64,000 bases of DNA from a virus. Position 1 is the first letter of the stretch, and every line of letters starts with the position of its first letter. Below, one piece after another: positions 20,801 to 29,673 of the stretch. The notes under the pieces were generated by a model. It was not told the origin of the DNA, did no database searches, and saw only the letters and a program-made list of their open reading frames with translations. The translations under genes and the position numbers were made by a program. The DNA is taken from IMG/VR virus record IMGVR_UViG_3300021963_000086, positions 15,270-79,269 of that record. One strand, written 5' to 3'.

Positions 20801-23800
20801 GCTAGCAGGTGATAACATTTTATTAGTTAATACTGACAACAGCCCTAGTGCTGATGGGTTTACTACAGTATTAGAAGTAATTGATGATACTAGTATCCTT
20901 ATCGAACAAGTTACAAATACAGCAGGAACACAAGGAAAAGCGATTGCATTTATGCCTGTACGTTTTGCTACAGAAACAGCAATGTTAGCTAGTCGAAATG
21001 ATTACAGATATAATTGGCAAGACGGACAATTAGCATTTGTTGACGATGCTTCGGCTATTCATGGATATGCAGTATTCAGTTGGGAAGTCGGAGTAGACGA
21101 ACAAACATTTGTTCCTTATCAACGATTTGATAAAGTTGAATCAGAACAAGAATTAATAGATCCTTCTAAGGTATATTCTGTTTCTATCTATGACAGAAAT
21201 AAAAATCGTGTACTACTAGATCTAGAAGTATGGGATCCGTACAAAGGATTAATTCCTAAGATTGCCGACGCAGAAATTGACATTAAGAGTCCGCTAGACC
21301 TTGCTAAGTATAACTCCAGCAGTGATCCTGACCAACCTTTAAATACCATGAACCCTTGGGGAGCTCAACAAGTTGGTACAGTATGGTGGGATCTAAGTAC
21401 AGTCAAATATACAAATTACGAATCTAGTAGTTTAGCATATCGCCAATCAAACTGGGGTAAATTATTCCCTGGTAGTACTATTGATGTTTATGAATGGACA
21501 GAAAGTTCTGTTGATCCTATTGCATATAACGATGCAGTAGAAAACGGAAAAGAAGTTGACGGCTCGATACCAACTGGAACTGCTAGAGTTATTAGCGATG
21601 CAAGTTTTAAATTGGCTAATTGGTCAACCGATCAGTATACTGATGAGTTAAATGTTACCAGTACAAAATATTACTTCTGGGTGAAAGGTAAAGATACAGT
21701 TCCTAATAATAGACCAGAAAGACAGTTAGCAGTAACAACAATAGCAAATATTATTGAAGATCCTGCGAACATAGGTCTTCCTTGGTTCGCTCCTATTTCA
21801 ACTGATGCCTTCATTATCAGTAATGTCAAACAACTATTAAATGATAGCTCTACAACATTACAAATTCAATTAAGAAACGATACAACACCAGTACATAGCC
21901 AATGGATGCTATTAAGAGAGTACGATAATAATACAGGAATTCCTGAATGGCTACACAAACGTCTAAAAGACAGTTTAGTAGGATTTAGTGGCATAACTTA
22001 TACATCAACATGGACCGACTATGAGTATGGTGTGCGTTATAATGTCGACGACATCGTCAAAGTAGGTAATGATTACTATAGAGTATTCCGTTACTTCCAA
22101 CCATATGAAGCTAGTGTTGTAACCCCTATTAATAAAAAGCCAATGTACAAGTTAGCAGATTATACGTTATTACCTGAGAATACTATACAGCTAACACAAA
22201 ACATAGAAGTACCTAATAGTAGGTTAAATGAATTTGATCGATTTGGTAATCGTATTCGCCCAACACAACAAACATGGATCAAGGACAGAGCAAATGCTCG
22301 TAAAAACTTAATTCAATCGTTGAATGTATTGTTATTAGAACTAGATCTAATTGCAGAAATTCCAGATTGGAATGTAGTACTGGGTACTACATTCACTAAA
22401 GGTAATATTGTTTATGATCTAACAAAGTTCTGGGATTATGTAGATTACGTAAGTCCTTACTATGATACTGATAAGGCAATAGAATATAGTGTTGCTAATG
22501 ATACGTTACTAGACAGTATTGCTAACCAGCTAGTCGACGGAGATTATGTGGGCGTTGGTGTACCATCTAACGGTCAATATCCTGTAGTTTACGAAAGAGC
22601 AGGTGATCAATTTGTCATTCTATATAGATTAAACGGAACTATCCAGTTTGACGAAACCTTGTTCGATAGCTTTATACAATTAGATATTTGGGACTTAGGT
22701 GGCTTTGACTTTAAGCCATGGGATAGCGAACCTACACAAGAGTTAGAAGCTATTCTAGAAACATTCCATTCAGACATATTTGTTGGTGAGTACCAAACAT
22801 ACTATAACAGACTATTCTTTGCTATGGTTAAGTTTATCTATAGCGAACAAAATAATATTGATTGGATTGGTAAGAGCACTTATTTGCACGTAGATAATCT
22901 AGAAGTTTCTGGGCTAAGCCAACTTCCTTATTACAAAGAAGATCAGGTTGAGTACTTTATTGATTATCTAAACGAAGTTAAGCCTTATCGTAGTAAACTA
23001 CGAGAAGTTTTTGATACACGTAAAATTTCTGAACTAACAGATGTTACAGTTGAAGACTTAGGAACTAAAGACGAGATCCATATTGCATTTAACCGTGTAG
23101 GAATTAACCCAATTGACCCGCCTGCAGGTGACGGTAGTTCTTTCCTAACACCTACCCCTGGCTGGGAAAACCAAGTTTGGGGTGCTGTTATCAACGGTTA
23201 TGAAATTCCATGGGACGCAACATTACCTGCAATGACGCCAGTAAACCGTTACTTGTTCTTAGGTAGCAACTTTGGAACACCTGCAAGCCTGATCGAAGCA
23301 GTTCTAGAAGGACAACATGATTATAGTGTAAACTTAGAGGGTTACGGCGATGAACTTGCTCCGTTATTTGTAGGCGACGCAGTAGAATTATGTGTTCAAA
23401 CTGATTACGACACCGGTGGAAGTTATGCCTATAGAATTTTTAAGACTCTAGATAATAACTACGAATTTAGTAGAATCGCTAATAGTGCAAAAACTTCGCT
23501 GGCCGCGCCATTAGGATTAGAAGATACAGTAATTGAGGTAGTTGACGGTACAGTATTTGGCGGAGTTGACTTTATACGCCAACGTCCTGGTGTAATTTTT
23601 ATCAACGGAGAACGCATTGAGTTTTACCGTCGTAGTGCAAACACCCTACAAGATATTGTACGAGGAACAAAAGGAACTAGTATTAAAACCCACCCAATAA
23701 ACAGCAGAGTATTTGATTCTTTACCAAGAGAAGAAATCCCCGTTGTTATTGCTACACCTGGAAATGTTGGCTTCAACGATCCAGGAAAAACGCTCAAAGA

Positions 23801-23855
23801 TAGCACAAATCCGCTGGCTGTGTTCATTACGGCAAAAGAGGGTAATTTAAACTAG
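14826..23855 (+). CDS. Very large baseplate/tail structural protein (3009 aa)
   Basis: Follows the gp6-like gene; 'FDTDRPHTHPWEMLGF', 'DYLNEVKPYRSKLRE', C-terminal 'GVIFINGERI...RGTKGT' typical of jumbo-phage giant baseplate proteins. Confidence 0.8.
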   Translation: MDNNRFSATPVVPVNNTVPGEGSGKVVDTVSSNFLPQYYKTDGNVKFLRNTLDQLISKGAQEQVNLYVGKKSGTVYKPATDFYLKESRQDRSDYQLEVGIVTKDADDNITSTLTYDDIIQELKVNWPLTKPDQFDSEYYSYTPPVDYDKFVNFTSYNWMKLGLPGIMIEGDINIETDIIGKINYTTPVQRNGKTITFQNGMKVYFINNGADPQGLVIPNWYVSEKNPVITNEDGNPLLTQDGAELMSTNEDAEPTYFIVEGVGESIMLIPAEYMDARIPGSLMAPVPWDSVPWDRKKFDTSEPAPAEKEYVVIQRGSVDKNAWSRINNWYHIDTIKDVYNYLGLNHADYVTLADRGNRPIIEFKKDTQLYNAGSFMSDIQADFVWYGGKISDFSLKTSVTVDGVDVFPGAKVLFINSPEPQLNNKLIRLYKITEGTGFYWEEITESWPAPEVGQKLFIQNGTEYKYLELTWNGTDWYVGQNKMTRNQPPLFVMYDAEGVRLDDEIKYPDNDFRGSSLFQYTEGNFYDKELGLNVMLESSNYDIVSNTSPFSKTFTNLTFTNTASNSNYYKGSKGTRDAIPGNYYWKTVDGFTNTSKYENGWVRNAEPPKTYQRVGKIVEDVTSQNSIIVPADSGAWYVFAATLKEGKIRFYSLSKNNEWELFDWSTNTLTLAAGQEFVIYNYTGQEFFNVKLNGLLPPGVANEGSVVYGTPQDVGMWQYSTAGISGYINIIDPKTDTRTFKVRVNGKDTTDYTTELVNNYTGLQINVTADLAVNDLIEVLFESATPAGSYAIHSTLEANPNNEKVEQFTYSDILSHFKSKITNQSNFEGSGYGSNNYHKLFRDTGTGWVVQQQVHPMVKLGVLLRNNATLPNNVLQYGAEQNKLFRQKFINKLTSLESTLDVTSKTARELVYESLIAINVGKNRDFPFAFSDMIYYVDSDAKVIKTYTAESVLTFSLGTTIDITDPYRDHVYVYANDVQLLIDRDYTLTNTSVSILTSVPVGTSIKIIVASNLGNCYVPVSTAKLGLTGVYTPELYYDVTNDTNFIICHDGSMIVAFGDYRDDVILELEKSIYNNIFSNFRHERNKWLKYEPGAMRVTRYNKQQRYSYVGDRYRLWRLQNGVNDNSNAQFYREENPFTWNYRAVSEHGSWRDMYRYMFDTDRPHTHPWEMLGFTNKPTWWDTYYDWIDGGKRAALLNALAIGNIAEPPSINVDLLVRRDITNIPVDENGELLDPVTAGICEAPSAEQAQYDWEFGDMGNQEMTWIRSPEYAWAQSQWHYSVQPNVWVEECWEPESSGIDSFNSQRINITLNRRTRKEDLYFHREYNDGTFHVRYGFQHILVENLLQDNIDLTTNLYDKIRYATPQVMLKLGGFANKTNLSFLADTLKVQQGNNFIPEEDYHLNLHKGSSYREFFYSGVKVIWNGAGYEVQGYNLINPFFIVQQPKSTTRYKEILYNGIKVKEAIDWEATPAIVEYGTVFVSRQAVWNFLIGYGNWLADQGMVFEDLDPALNTIRDFNLAARQFLFWSESKWDAGYSIILSPCANKIIVKNEIGWAEDLNSTIRGYSNILDKDQAVIPTSAIRFERTEDGKNIISTRENYTGIYGLRLRFSELEHVVVFDNQTIFNDVIFDPLYRLKQYRFKLIGSRTRGWTGSPKVPGYMVYGNSLISNFDRTISDISDRYFSVEGYTENQSIINTARHNIGVRNFEYLNNIVLDKTVAFEFQRGMLHQKGTPSAYDKLLRSKTIDSSTLSNTNLTVSEEWLFKLGDFGGTENWQSYELKLRQRDILDSNKQLFRLIPLYDPVTKLTNKDLDTDRVIDIVPSDTRWVTKPGVNNLAFSTRPKSQLTDTITEVMYDDLPTVGFVRLDQVDYTVSTAYDLYTVDVSALTGIAYWEQNINYKVGDTIRYNGYVYVASQDHNSSTSFVLSNWTISVEPTLPSILIGNYTNGSWQVLRAQDRRLSIIGIETYTGTTSGNTVYPTTPSLVTFNYDHNLLAGDNILLVNTDNSPSADGFTTVLEVIDDTSILIEQVTNTAGTQGKAIAFMPVRFATETAMLASRNDYRYNWQDGQLAFVDDASAIHGYAVFSWEVGVDEQTFVPYQRFDKVESEQELIDPSKVYSVSIYDRNKNRVLLDLEVWDPYKGLIPKIADAEIDIKSPLDLAKYNSSSDPDQPLNTMNPWGAQQVGTVWWDLSTVKYTNYESSSLAYRQSNWGKLFPGSTIDVYEWTESSVDPIAYNDAVENGKEVDGSIPTGTARVISDASFKLANWSTDQYTDELNVTSTKYYFWVKGKDTVPNNRPERQLAVTTIANIIEDPANIGLPWFAPISTDAFIISNVKQLLNDSSTTLQIQLRNDTTPVHSQWMLLREYDNNTGIPEWLHKRLKDSLVGFSGITYTSTWTDYEYGVRYNVDDIVKVGNDYYRVFRYFQPYEASVVTPINKKPMYKLADYTLLPENTIQLTQNIEVPNSRLNEFDRFGNRIRPTQQTWIKDRANARKNLIQSLNVLLLELDLIAEIPDWNVVLGTTFTKGNIVYDLTKFWDYVDYVSPYYDTDKAIEYSVANDTLLDSIANQLVDGDYVGVGVPSNGQYPVVYERAGDQFVILYRLNGTIQFDETLFDSFIQLDIWDLGGFDFKPWDSEPTQELEAILETFHSDIFVGEYQTYYNRLFFAMVKFIYSEQNNIDWIGKSTYLHVDNLEVSGLSQLPYYKEDQVEYFIDYLNEVKPYRSKLREVFDTRKISELTDVTVEDLGTKDEIHIAFNRVGINPIDPPAGDGSSFLTPTPGWENQVWGAVINGYEIPWDATLPAMTPVNRYLFLGSNFGTPASLIEAVLEGQHDYSVNLEGYGDELAPLFVGDAVELCVQTDYDTGGSYAYRIFKTLDNNYEFSRIANSAKTSLAAPLGLEDTVIEVVDGTVFGGVDFIRQRPGVIFINGERIEFYRRSANTLQDIVRGTKGTSIKTHPINSRVFDSLPREEIPVVIATPGNVGFNDPGKTLKDSTNPLAVFITAKEGNLN

Positions 23856-23884
23856 GTAAATAAAGTATATTAAGGATTAAGCAA

Positions 23885-24514
23885 ATGCTTTCGAATAAAG
23901 AGTCAGTAGGGTTAAAAGTAGAAGGACACCTAAAAATTTGGGACGCAAATACAGGTGAAGTTTTACTTAATAACCGCAATGCTATTAATGCAGAAAATTT
24001 CAGTATCGCCCTTGTAAATTGCTTGGGCGATAAAAATCAGCATTCAGCGTATGAAATGCACTTTGGTAATGGCGGAACTATTATTGATAACTTAGGTGTT
24101 ATCAGCTATAAAAGTCCTAACGTTAACGGCCAAAGCGAAGAGTTATACAATCCTACTTTCTTTAAAGTAATCAATGCTGATAGTCCAACAAATACAGATC
24201 CAAACAAGAACTACATGACTGTGGAACATGTCAATGGTGTAAACTATACTGACCTAGTTGTTAACTGTGTGTTAGATTATACTGAACCTAGTATATCCGA
24301 TACAGTATTCAATTTAGCAGGTGTTGCCCAAGCAGATCTAGACAATGCGGCCGATTTTAACGGTAGTTTTGTTTTTGATGAAATTGGTATCAAAAGCAAA
24401 GGTCTAGGACTAAATGAGGGTTTACTACTAACCCATGTTACCTTTCACCCTGTGCAAAAATCAGCAAATAGATTGCTACAGATTCGATACACAATCAGAG
24501 TTCGAGTAGGCTAA
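23885..24514 (+). CDS. Virion structural (baseplate/tail) protein
   Basis: 'VEGHLKIWD...NAIN.EN...MHFGNGG...FVFDEIG...LLTHVTFHPVQKSANR'; GGTAAATA upstream. Confidence 0.75.
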   Translation: MLSNKESVGLKVEGHLKIWDANTGEVLLNNRNAINAENFSIALVNCLGDKNQHSAYEMHFGNGGTIIDNLGVISYKSPNVNGQSEELYNPTFFKVINADSPTNTDPNKNYMTVEHVNGVNYTDLVVNCVLDYTEPSISDTVFNLAGVAQADLDNAADFNGSFVFDEIGIKSKGLGLNEGLLLTHVTFHPVQKSANRLLQIRYTIRVRVG

Positions 24515-24533
24515 AATTAAGAGGAAATAAGCA

Positions 24534-25538
24534 ATGGCATACGATGTCAATAAAACAAATGGTTCGTTATTAACAACTATCCCCGATGGTACACTAGATA
24601 TTAGTACTAGTCTTCGCTTGCTAGGTAAGAACTATGCAGGCTATGGCGAGATTATGGCCGAAAACTTAGTAGCAATGCTAGAGAATTTTAGTTCTGCGGC
24701 GGCCCCAGGTAACCCACTAGAAGGTCAGTTATGGTATAACAGCGAAACTAAACGTATTTCTGTTTACGATAATTTAGGCCAATGGAAAGAACTAGCACAA
24801 TTAGTCGTTCAAGAAACAGAGCCAACATATAGTGGCCGTAGAGAAGGCGACTTTTGGGTAGAATCAGATTCTAAACAACTATACATGTGGGACGGCACAC
24901 AGCACGTACCGATTGGATTTGCTGGCGCAACTACTACCATTCGTGCAGTTAAAATTCGCGACACAAGCAACAATGCTCACAATGCGCTTAAGGCAGTTGT
25001 AGGTAGTAGCGTAATAGCAATTATCAGCACCGATGCAGAATATACACCTAATGTTAGCGAGGGATTTGGTGCAGAATTTGTAACAATTGGTCCAGGTGTT
25101 AATTTACCTGCACGTACTAATGTTAAATTTCGTGGTATTGCTATGCAAGCTGAATTTGCTGACGTTGCTGAATTGTATGCCAGTGATGTAAATTATCAAC
25201 CAGGTACTGTTGTTAAGATTGGCGGAGACGCAGAAATAACACAAACAACTACAGCAGACGATACAGAAGTGTTTGGTGTCATTTCTGACAATCCAGCTTA
25301 CTTACTAAACAGTGGTCTTTCTCGTACAAAGTTAGCACTACCTGTTGCATTAGCAGGTCGAGTACCAGTTACAGTACATGGGCCAGTAAAGAAAGGTCAA
25401 CGTTTAGTTAGCAGTCATATTCCCGGCGTTGCTAAAGCCTCTACTAACCCAGATGCATTGGCAATTATTGGTAGAGCATTAGAGTCTTCCGACGTTGAAG
25501 GAATCAAGTCAATTGAGGCAGTAGTAGGAGTCAAATAA
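24534..25538 (+). CDS. Short tail-fibre-like protein with C-terminal intramolecular-chaperone (Peptidase_G2-like) domain
   Basis: N-terminal 'GKNYAGYGE..AENL..MLENF...P..GQLWY'; C-terminal 'ADVAELY...GTVV.IGG...GVISDNPAYLLN...VALAGRVPV'. Confidence 0.75.
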   Translation: MAYDVNKTNGSLLTTIPDGTLDISTSLRLLGKNYAGYGEIMAENLVAMLENFSSAAAPGNPLEGQLWYNSETKRISVYDNLGQWKELAQLVVQETEPTYSGRREGDFWVESDSKQLYMWDGTQHVPIGFAGATTTIRAVKIRDTSNNAHNALKAVVGSSVIAIISTDAEYTPNVSEGFGAEFVTIGPGVNLPARTNVKFRGIAMQAEFADVAELYASDVNYQPGTVVKIGGDAEITQTTTADDTEVFGVISDNPAYLLNSGLSRTKLALPVALAGRVPVTVHGPVKKGQRLVSSHIPGVAKASTNPDALAIIGRALESSDVEGIKSIEAVVGVK

Positions 25539-26572
25539 TGTCCTATGGTGATCAAGGCACAGTTGTTTCAGCAACCGGTTGGAACGCATTAACAACAAAA
25601 GTTAATAAAGTGTTTGGGGATTTTACTCCAAACTCAGCACCTTCAACTAATGCAGAAACACAAGAAGCATACAAGTATGGTTGGGGTAATACAGCTCAAG
25701 CAGACAATGTTTCACAAGGTGACTTGATTGAAGCCACAGTATTCAACAGCGCCATTGACGTAGTAAACGTTAGTGCTCATGTAACTGGTGACTTACCCAG
25801 TCAAGCATACTTTCAGCGTAGAGCCGAAGGCGAACTGATTAGCTTGTCCGACAGCGATTTAGGTCAAACATTACAATATTACACTAATCTAGTATACAAT
25901 CATAAAAACACATTAGCCACATATCACGGAAGCATCGTGACCCCGGCCGGCGGAATCATTAATCGTACCACACCTTGGAAACGTTACATGGCGGCCAGTT
26001 TCAAGGTAACATTTGACAGTTACGACAAACTACGTTATTTTTTTAATGCAGGTGGCCAAATTAAAATTACACCTACAGCGTCTGGCGGTACTACAGTTGG
26101 CTATACAGACTGGAAACATCTTGTAGATGCTTGCGGAGATATTATTGTAAATGTTAATGGTGCAAAAACTACAACTAATCTTGGTATATCTACCACGGTT
26201 GGAATGTACCAACTATCACAAACTTATCAATTAATGATGACTGCATCGTCTACATATTCTAGCTATGGCGGGTACGGTGGTTATGGCGGATATGGTGGTT
26301 ATGGTGGATACGGCGGTTATGGTGGTTATGGTTCCGGAATCCAAATCAAAATCTGGGGCAGACTAGTTGGTAACAATCAGCTCTTAATCAAAGTAATTTT
26401 TGATAACATGTACTTCCGTAGATGGATAAATGGTACTACTGGTTTCCATGTAACTTACTTAAAAGCAGATCCAGAAACCAATCCACAAAATGAAAACGTT
26501 GTGTTTGATGTAGATCCTCCGACCCAATTAGAAGTATTAACTACGTTTGATACTGGTGGCGACGATTCATAA
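25538..26572 (+). CDS. Structural protein with (YGG)7 tract
   Basis: 'RYFFNAGGQI' motif of jumbo-phage structural proteins; Tyr/Gly repeat. Confidence 0.7.
   Translation: MSYGDQGTVVSATGWNALTTKVNKVFGDFTPNSAPSTNAETQEAYKYGWGNTAQADNVSQGDLIEATVFNSAIDVVNVSAHVTGDLPSQAYFQRRAEGELISLSDSDLGQTLQYYTNLVYNHKNTLATYHGSIVTPAGGIINRTTPWKRYMAASFKVTFDSYDKLRYFFNAGGQIKITPTASGGTTVGYTDWKHLVDACGDIIVNVNGAKTTTNLGISTTVGMYQLSQTYQLMMTASSTYSSYGGYGGYGGYGGYGGYGGYGGYGSGIQIKIWGRLVGNNQLLIKVIFDNMYFRRWINGTTGFHVTYLKADPETNPQNENVVFDVDPPTQLEVLTTFDTGGDDS
26264..26332 (+). repeat. Coding tandem repeat (YGG)7-YG
   Basis: 9-bp unit TAYGGNGGN with variable synonymous positions. Confidence 0.9.
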
Positions 26573-26594
26573 ATAAACTACTAGTTTAATAAAG

Positions 26595-26632
26595 ATAACA
26601 GGTTGACTTTAACTAGCTCAACCTGTTATACT
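26595..26632 (+). terminator. Perfect 12-bp inverted repeat overlapping a TTGACT-18-TATACT promoter-like sequence
   Basis: ATAACAGGTTGA-N11-TCAACCTGTTAT followed by ACTTTT. Confidence 0.55.
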
Positions 26633-26657
26633 TTTAGACACAGACTCTGAGGTTATT

Positions 26658-27014
26658 ATGGATACAAGATTACAGGAAGCGTTAGACTTCAGTAACTATC
26701 GCTTAACTCTAAGCACCCAATTGGACAACTTAAAGATCAAATTAAAAAATGATCTATTGTTCACTTATCAAAATTCTATTTTTAGTGCTAATATCAATAC
26801 CATAATGTATTGTGCCCTTTTACTAAAAGAAACAACAGTAAAAGAATTTCCTTTCGAAGATACAAACGGAGCTCCGGTACTTATTACAGATATTTCAGAT
26901 TTCGCTAGAAAGATGAATTCTATGTACATGGCCGCAATGGTAACATATAACACAGAATACGAAAAAATTGCCAAGGCAAGAAATATCAAAAAGATAGTAG
27001 ACTACAATGGATAA
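26658..27014 (+). CDS. Conserved hypothetical protein (possibly fibre-assembly/DUF4376-like)
   Basis: GAGG RBS; helical C-terminus; first gene of the GT block. Confidence 0.6.
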   Translation: MDTRLQEALDFSNYRLTLSTQLDNLKIKLKNDLLFTYQNSIFSANINTIMYCALLLKETTVKEFPFEDTNGAPVLITDISDFARKMNSMYMAAMVTYNTEYEKIAKARNIKKIVDYNG

Positions 27015-27903
27015 TCTAGACCGAGGCGTTGTTATGTTTGCTTATAACAACGAGAAGATTAATTACGATAGACTGGCAACAGTTTGCGCTCTTACGGTTA
27101 AGGCCAACTTAAAAAACAACAACGTTACGTTACTAACAGATGGTGCAACTTACAAAGCCCTAGAACAAACCTGTCCTAAAGAAATTAGAGAATACTGTTT
27201 TGACCAAATTGTAGTTGACGACATTAGACATGAAAAAAATACTAGAGTACACAGGGACTCAATTGATGTAGAGTTTGCGGCGCAATTTAGTAACGCAAAC
27301 AAACATAACGTTTATAATCTTAGTCCATACAAGCAAAGTTTATTGATAGATGTTGACTATTTGTTGGGCAGTAATCGTCTAGATTTGTTATTTGAAACTA
27401 ATGATGAGCTAGCACTATTTCGAAATGCACACGGCCTTCGCGGGAATAATCCGCATCACGAAGAACAACGTTTACACCCGCTAGGTATAGACATGTGGTG
27501 GTCAACTGTAATATATTGGCGTAAAACTGATTATAGTAAAAAATTCTTTGATATGTGGCACCATGTTAAAGAGAACTATGATTACTACAGGTTTTTATAT
27601 AAGTTTCCTGGCAATATGTTTAGAACAGATTATGCGTCTAGCATTGCCATTCACATCCTTAACGGACAAGTGGATAATAACTTAACTGTTAGCATACCTC
27701 CGGGTAGTATGAGATACATGGATCAATTAGACGACTTGGTTGAAGTTAACAAAAAGAATGATATGTTATTTTTAGCTAATATGTTATCGGACAAACGTAA
27801 AAATATCTTAACACACATTAAAGGTGAAGACATCCACATGATGAACAAAATGGCTATCTTGCGGCACTACAATGATTTCCTAAACAAATATTACTATGAC
27901 TAA
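27007..27903 (+). CDS. GT-A fold glycosyltransferase-like protein
   Basis: 'GVVMFAYNN', 'SPYKQSLLIDVDY' (DxD), 'FRTDYA'. Confidence 0.7.
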   Translation: MDNLDRGVVMFAYNNEKINYDRLATVCALTVKANLKNNNVTLLTDGATYKALEQTCPKEIREYCFDQIVVDDIRHEKNTRVHRDSIDVEFAAQFSNANKHNVYNLSPYKQSLLIDVDYLLGSNRLDLLFETNDELALFRNAHGLRGNNPHHEEQRLHPLGIDMWWSTVIYWRKTDYSKKFFDMWHHVKENYDYYRFLYKFPGNMFRTDYASSIAIHILNGQVDNNLTVSIPPGSMRYMDQLDDLVEVNKKNDMLFLANMLSDKRKNILTHIKGEDIHMMNKMAILRHYNDFLNKYYYD

Positions 27904-28684
27904 AGGAATTATTACGATTGCAACCCCTGACTATTTAGAGTCGGCAAAGCTTCTGGCATTGACTGCTAAAAAATTTAGTAACCTACCTACCACCTTAATT
28001 ACAACAGACCCTGTTGAAGCAAGTGAGTTTGACAACATAATTGTAGTACCAGGAGATGTAACAAATGCTTTTGCTGTGGGACTATTATCGTCGCCCTATG
28101 ATTACACCGCATTCATTTATGCAGACAGTTTAGTACTAAGCGATATAAAAGAATATTTTAATTTGTTAGATAAGGTTAACCTAGTAACACCGGACGCATA
28201 TGATTTTAAAGGACAGAAATTAGATAGCCAGAAATTTATTGAAAGAAAGATTCTTACTAAGAACACTATGCCAGACGTTTGGACAAACTTTTTCTTATAT
28301 CGTACTGAAGCCATTAAAGAAATATCAAACACTACCTTAGACATTATTGCTGTTTGGCAAAATGTATTAAAAATGTCTTGTACAGAATACTCAGTAGATA
28401 CCGAACTTAAGAACAAAATAAATTCTGCATTTGCTATTGCTCTTAAGGCATGTGGTCTAAATAACAATGCACACGGAGTTAAGTTTACTAACCTAAGCAA
28501 ACAAACTAACAATACCGCATTAACACACCTGGCTAACAAAGACTGGCACCAACTATTAAGTTTTTGGGCGACTGATGATAATTTAGTTAAGATAGAAAAC
28601 TATGTTCAGTCTGGCGTAGTACATTATGGTAGTACTTGGCTTAATAGCCCTAGAAGTAACAGCATTAAACAAATATGCAATTAG
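27896..28684 (+). CDS. GT-A paralog with degenerate DxD
   Basis: 'KGIITIA...SPYDYTAFIYADSL...PDVWT...VVHY' aligns by eye with the upstream GT; DxD reads YAD. Confidence 0.55.
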   Translation: MTKGIITIATPDYLESAKLLALTAKKFSNLPTTLITTDPVEASEFDNIIVVPGDVTNAFAVGLLSSPYDYTAFIYADSLVLSDIKEYFNLLDKVNLVTPDAYDFKGQKLDSQKFIERKILTKNTMPDVWTNFFLYRTEAIKEISNTTLDIIAVWQNVLKMSCTEYSVDTELKNKINSAFAIALKACGLNNNAHGVKFTNLSKQTNNTALTHLANKDWHQLLSFWATDDNLVKIENYVQSGVVHYGSTWLNSPRSNSIKQICN

Positions 28685-29673
28685 ATCCAAAACTATTTGG
28701 TACAAGAGAATTAACTCAACAGTTCTATATCTTCTATGATAAAGAAACAGGCCAGACGTTACACATTCTTAGACAACCTACCAAAGAACAATTAACTGAT
28801 GATCATATAACTGTAGCTATAGATAACGATCTAGTTACAGCAGTAATGCAGGGTAATCTAAGTATAGGACAGTTAATAGTTGCATTCGATAAAGACTCAA
28901 ATAAAAGAAGTCTATTTAAAAAGGACCAGTATCTACGTAAGGTCCATGAAGAGAATTCTACATTACTTAAGATTGATGCTGTAAAAGAAGTAGACCCAAT
29001 TACTCAGCTTGTTGTGGCGTTATACGACCAAGGTCTATTAGAAGTCAGTGTAAACAAGTCTAGCTTAGATAATTTTATTTCTATTGTAGATAACAAAAAT
29101 GAAGCATATCAAGGATACGATCATCTTAACTTTTATTTTGTAAATGCAACTGATCCTGCAAAGTTATACAGTAAATTAGTAATTGATACAAATGAATTAA
29201 TCAATCAAGGACGTATTAAGATCAATGCTCCTTGGTACAATGCAAAGATATCTAAAAAAGTTATAACACTAACCAAACGAGTATTTTCTACTTACCAAAC
29301 AGTAAAAAGAAAAGAATACATAGACACACCTAACATACACGAAGACATGTCTATGCAATATTTGTCAGACGTTACCTCTAGCAATGATTGTCATATTAGT
29401 TTCGATATTAAAGCAGATACTGTAGAAGTTAAGAGCTTTATCATTGATCCAATGAAGTATAACATATTTGATGAAATACAATTACATGCTGTAAAGAAAA
29501 GTGATCCTAGCCAATATATAAGAACTATAAAACTTACAGCAGACCAACTTAAAAATAATGGCACAGTAGTTCTAGAAAAAGTATTAGATGACTCTATGGT
29601 CTTGATACATGACAATCCAATGATTAAAGTAAACCTTAGGAAATTAAATGAAAGTACCAATAACAGAATTTGA
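28675..29673 (+). CDS. Hypothetical protein
   Basis: 332-aa ORF inside the GT block. Confidence 0.7.
   Translation: MQLDPKLFGTRELTQQFYIFYDKETGQTLHILRQPTKEQLTDDHITVAIDNDLVTAVMQGNLSIGQLIVAFDKDSNKRSLFKKDQYLRKVHEENSTLLKIDAVKEVDPITQLVVALYDQGLLEVSVNKSSLDNFISIVDNKNEAYQGYDHLNFYFVNATDPAKLYSKLVIDTNELINQGRIKINAPWYNAKISKKVITLTKRVFSTYQTVKRKEYIDTPNIHEDMSMQYLSDVTSSNDCHISFDIKADTVEVKSFIIDPMKYNIFDEIQLHAVKKSDPSQYIRTIKLTADQLKNNGTVVLEKVLDDSMVLIHDNPMIKVNLRKLNESTNNRI

Noticed and set aside
26264-26332. CRISPR-like or slippage repeat
   Set aside because: In-frame 9-bp coding repeat with synonymous variation and no spacers.
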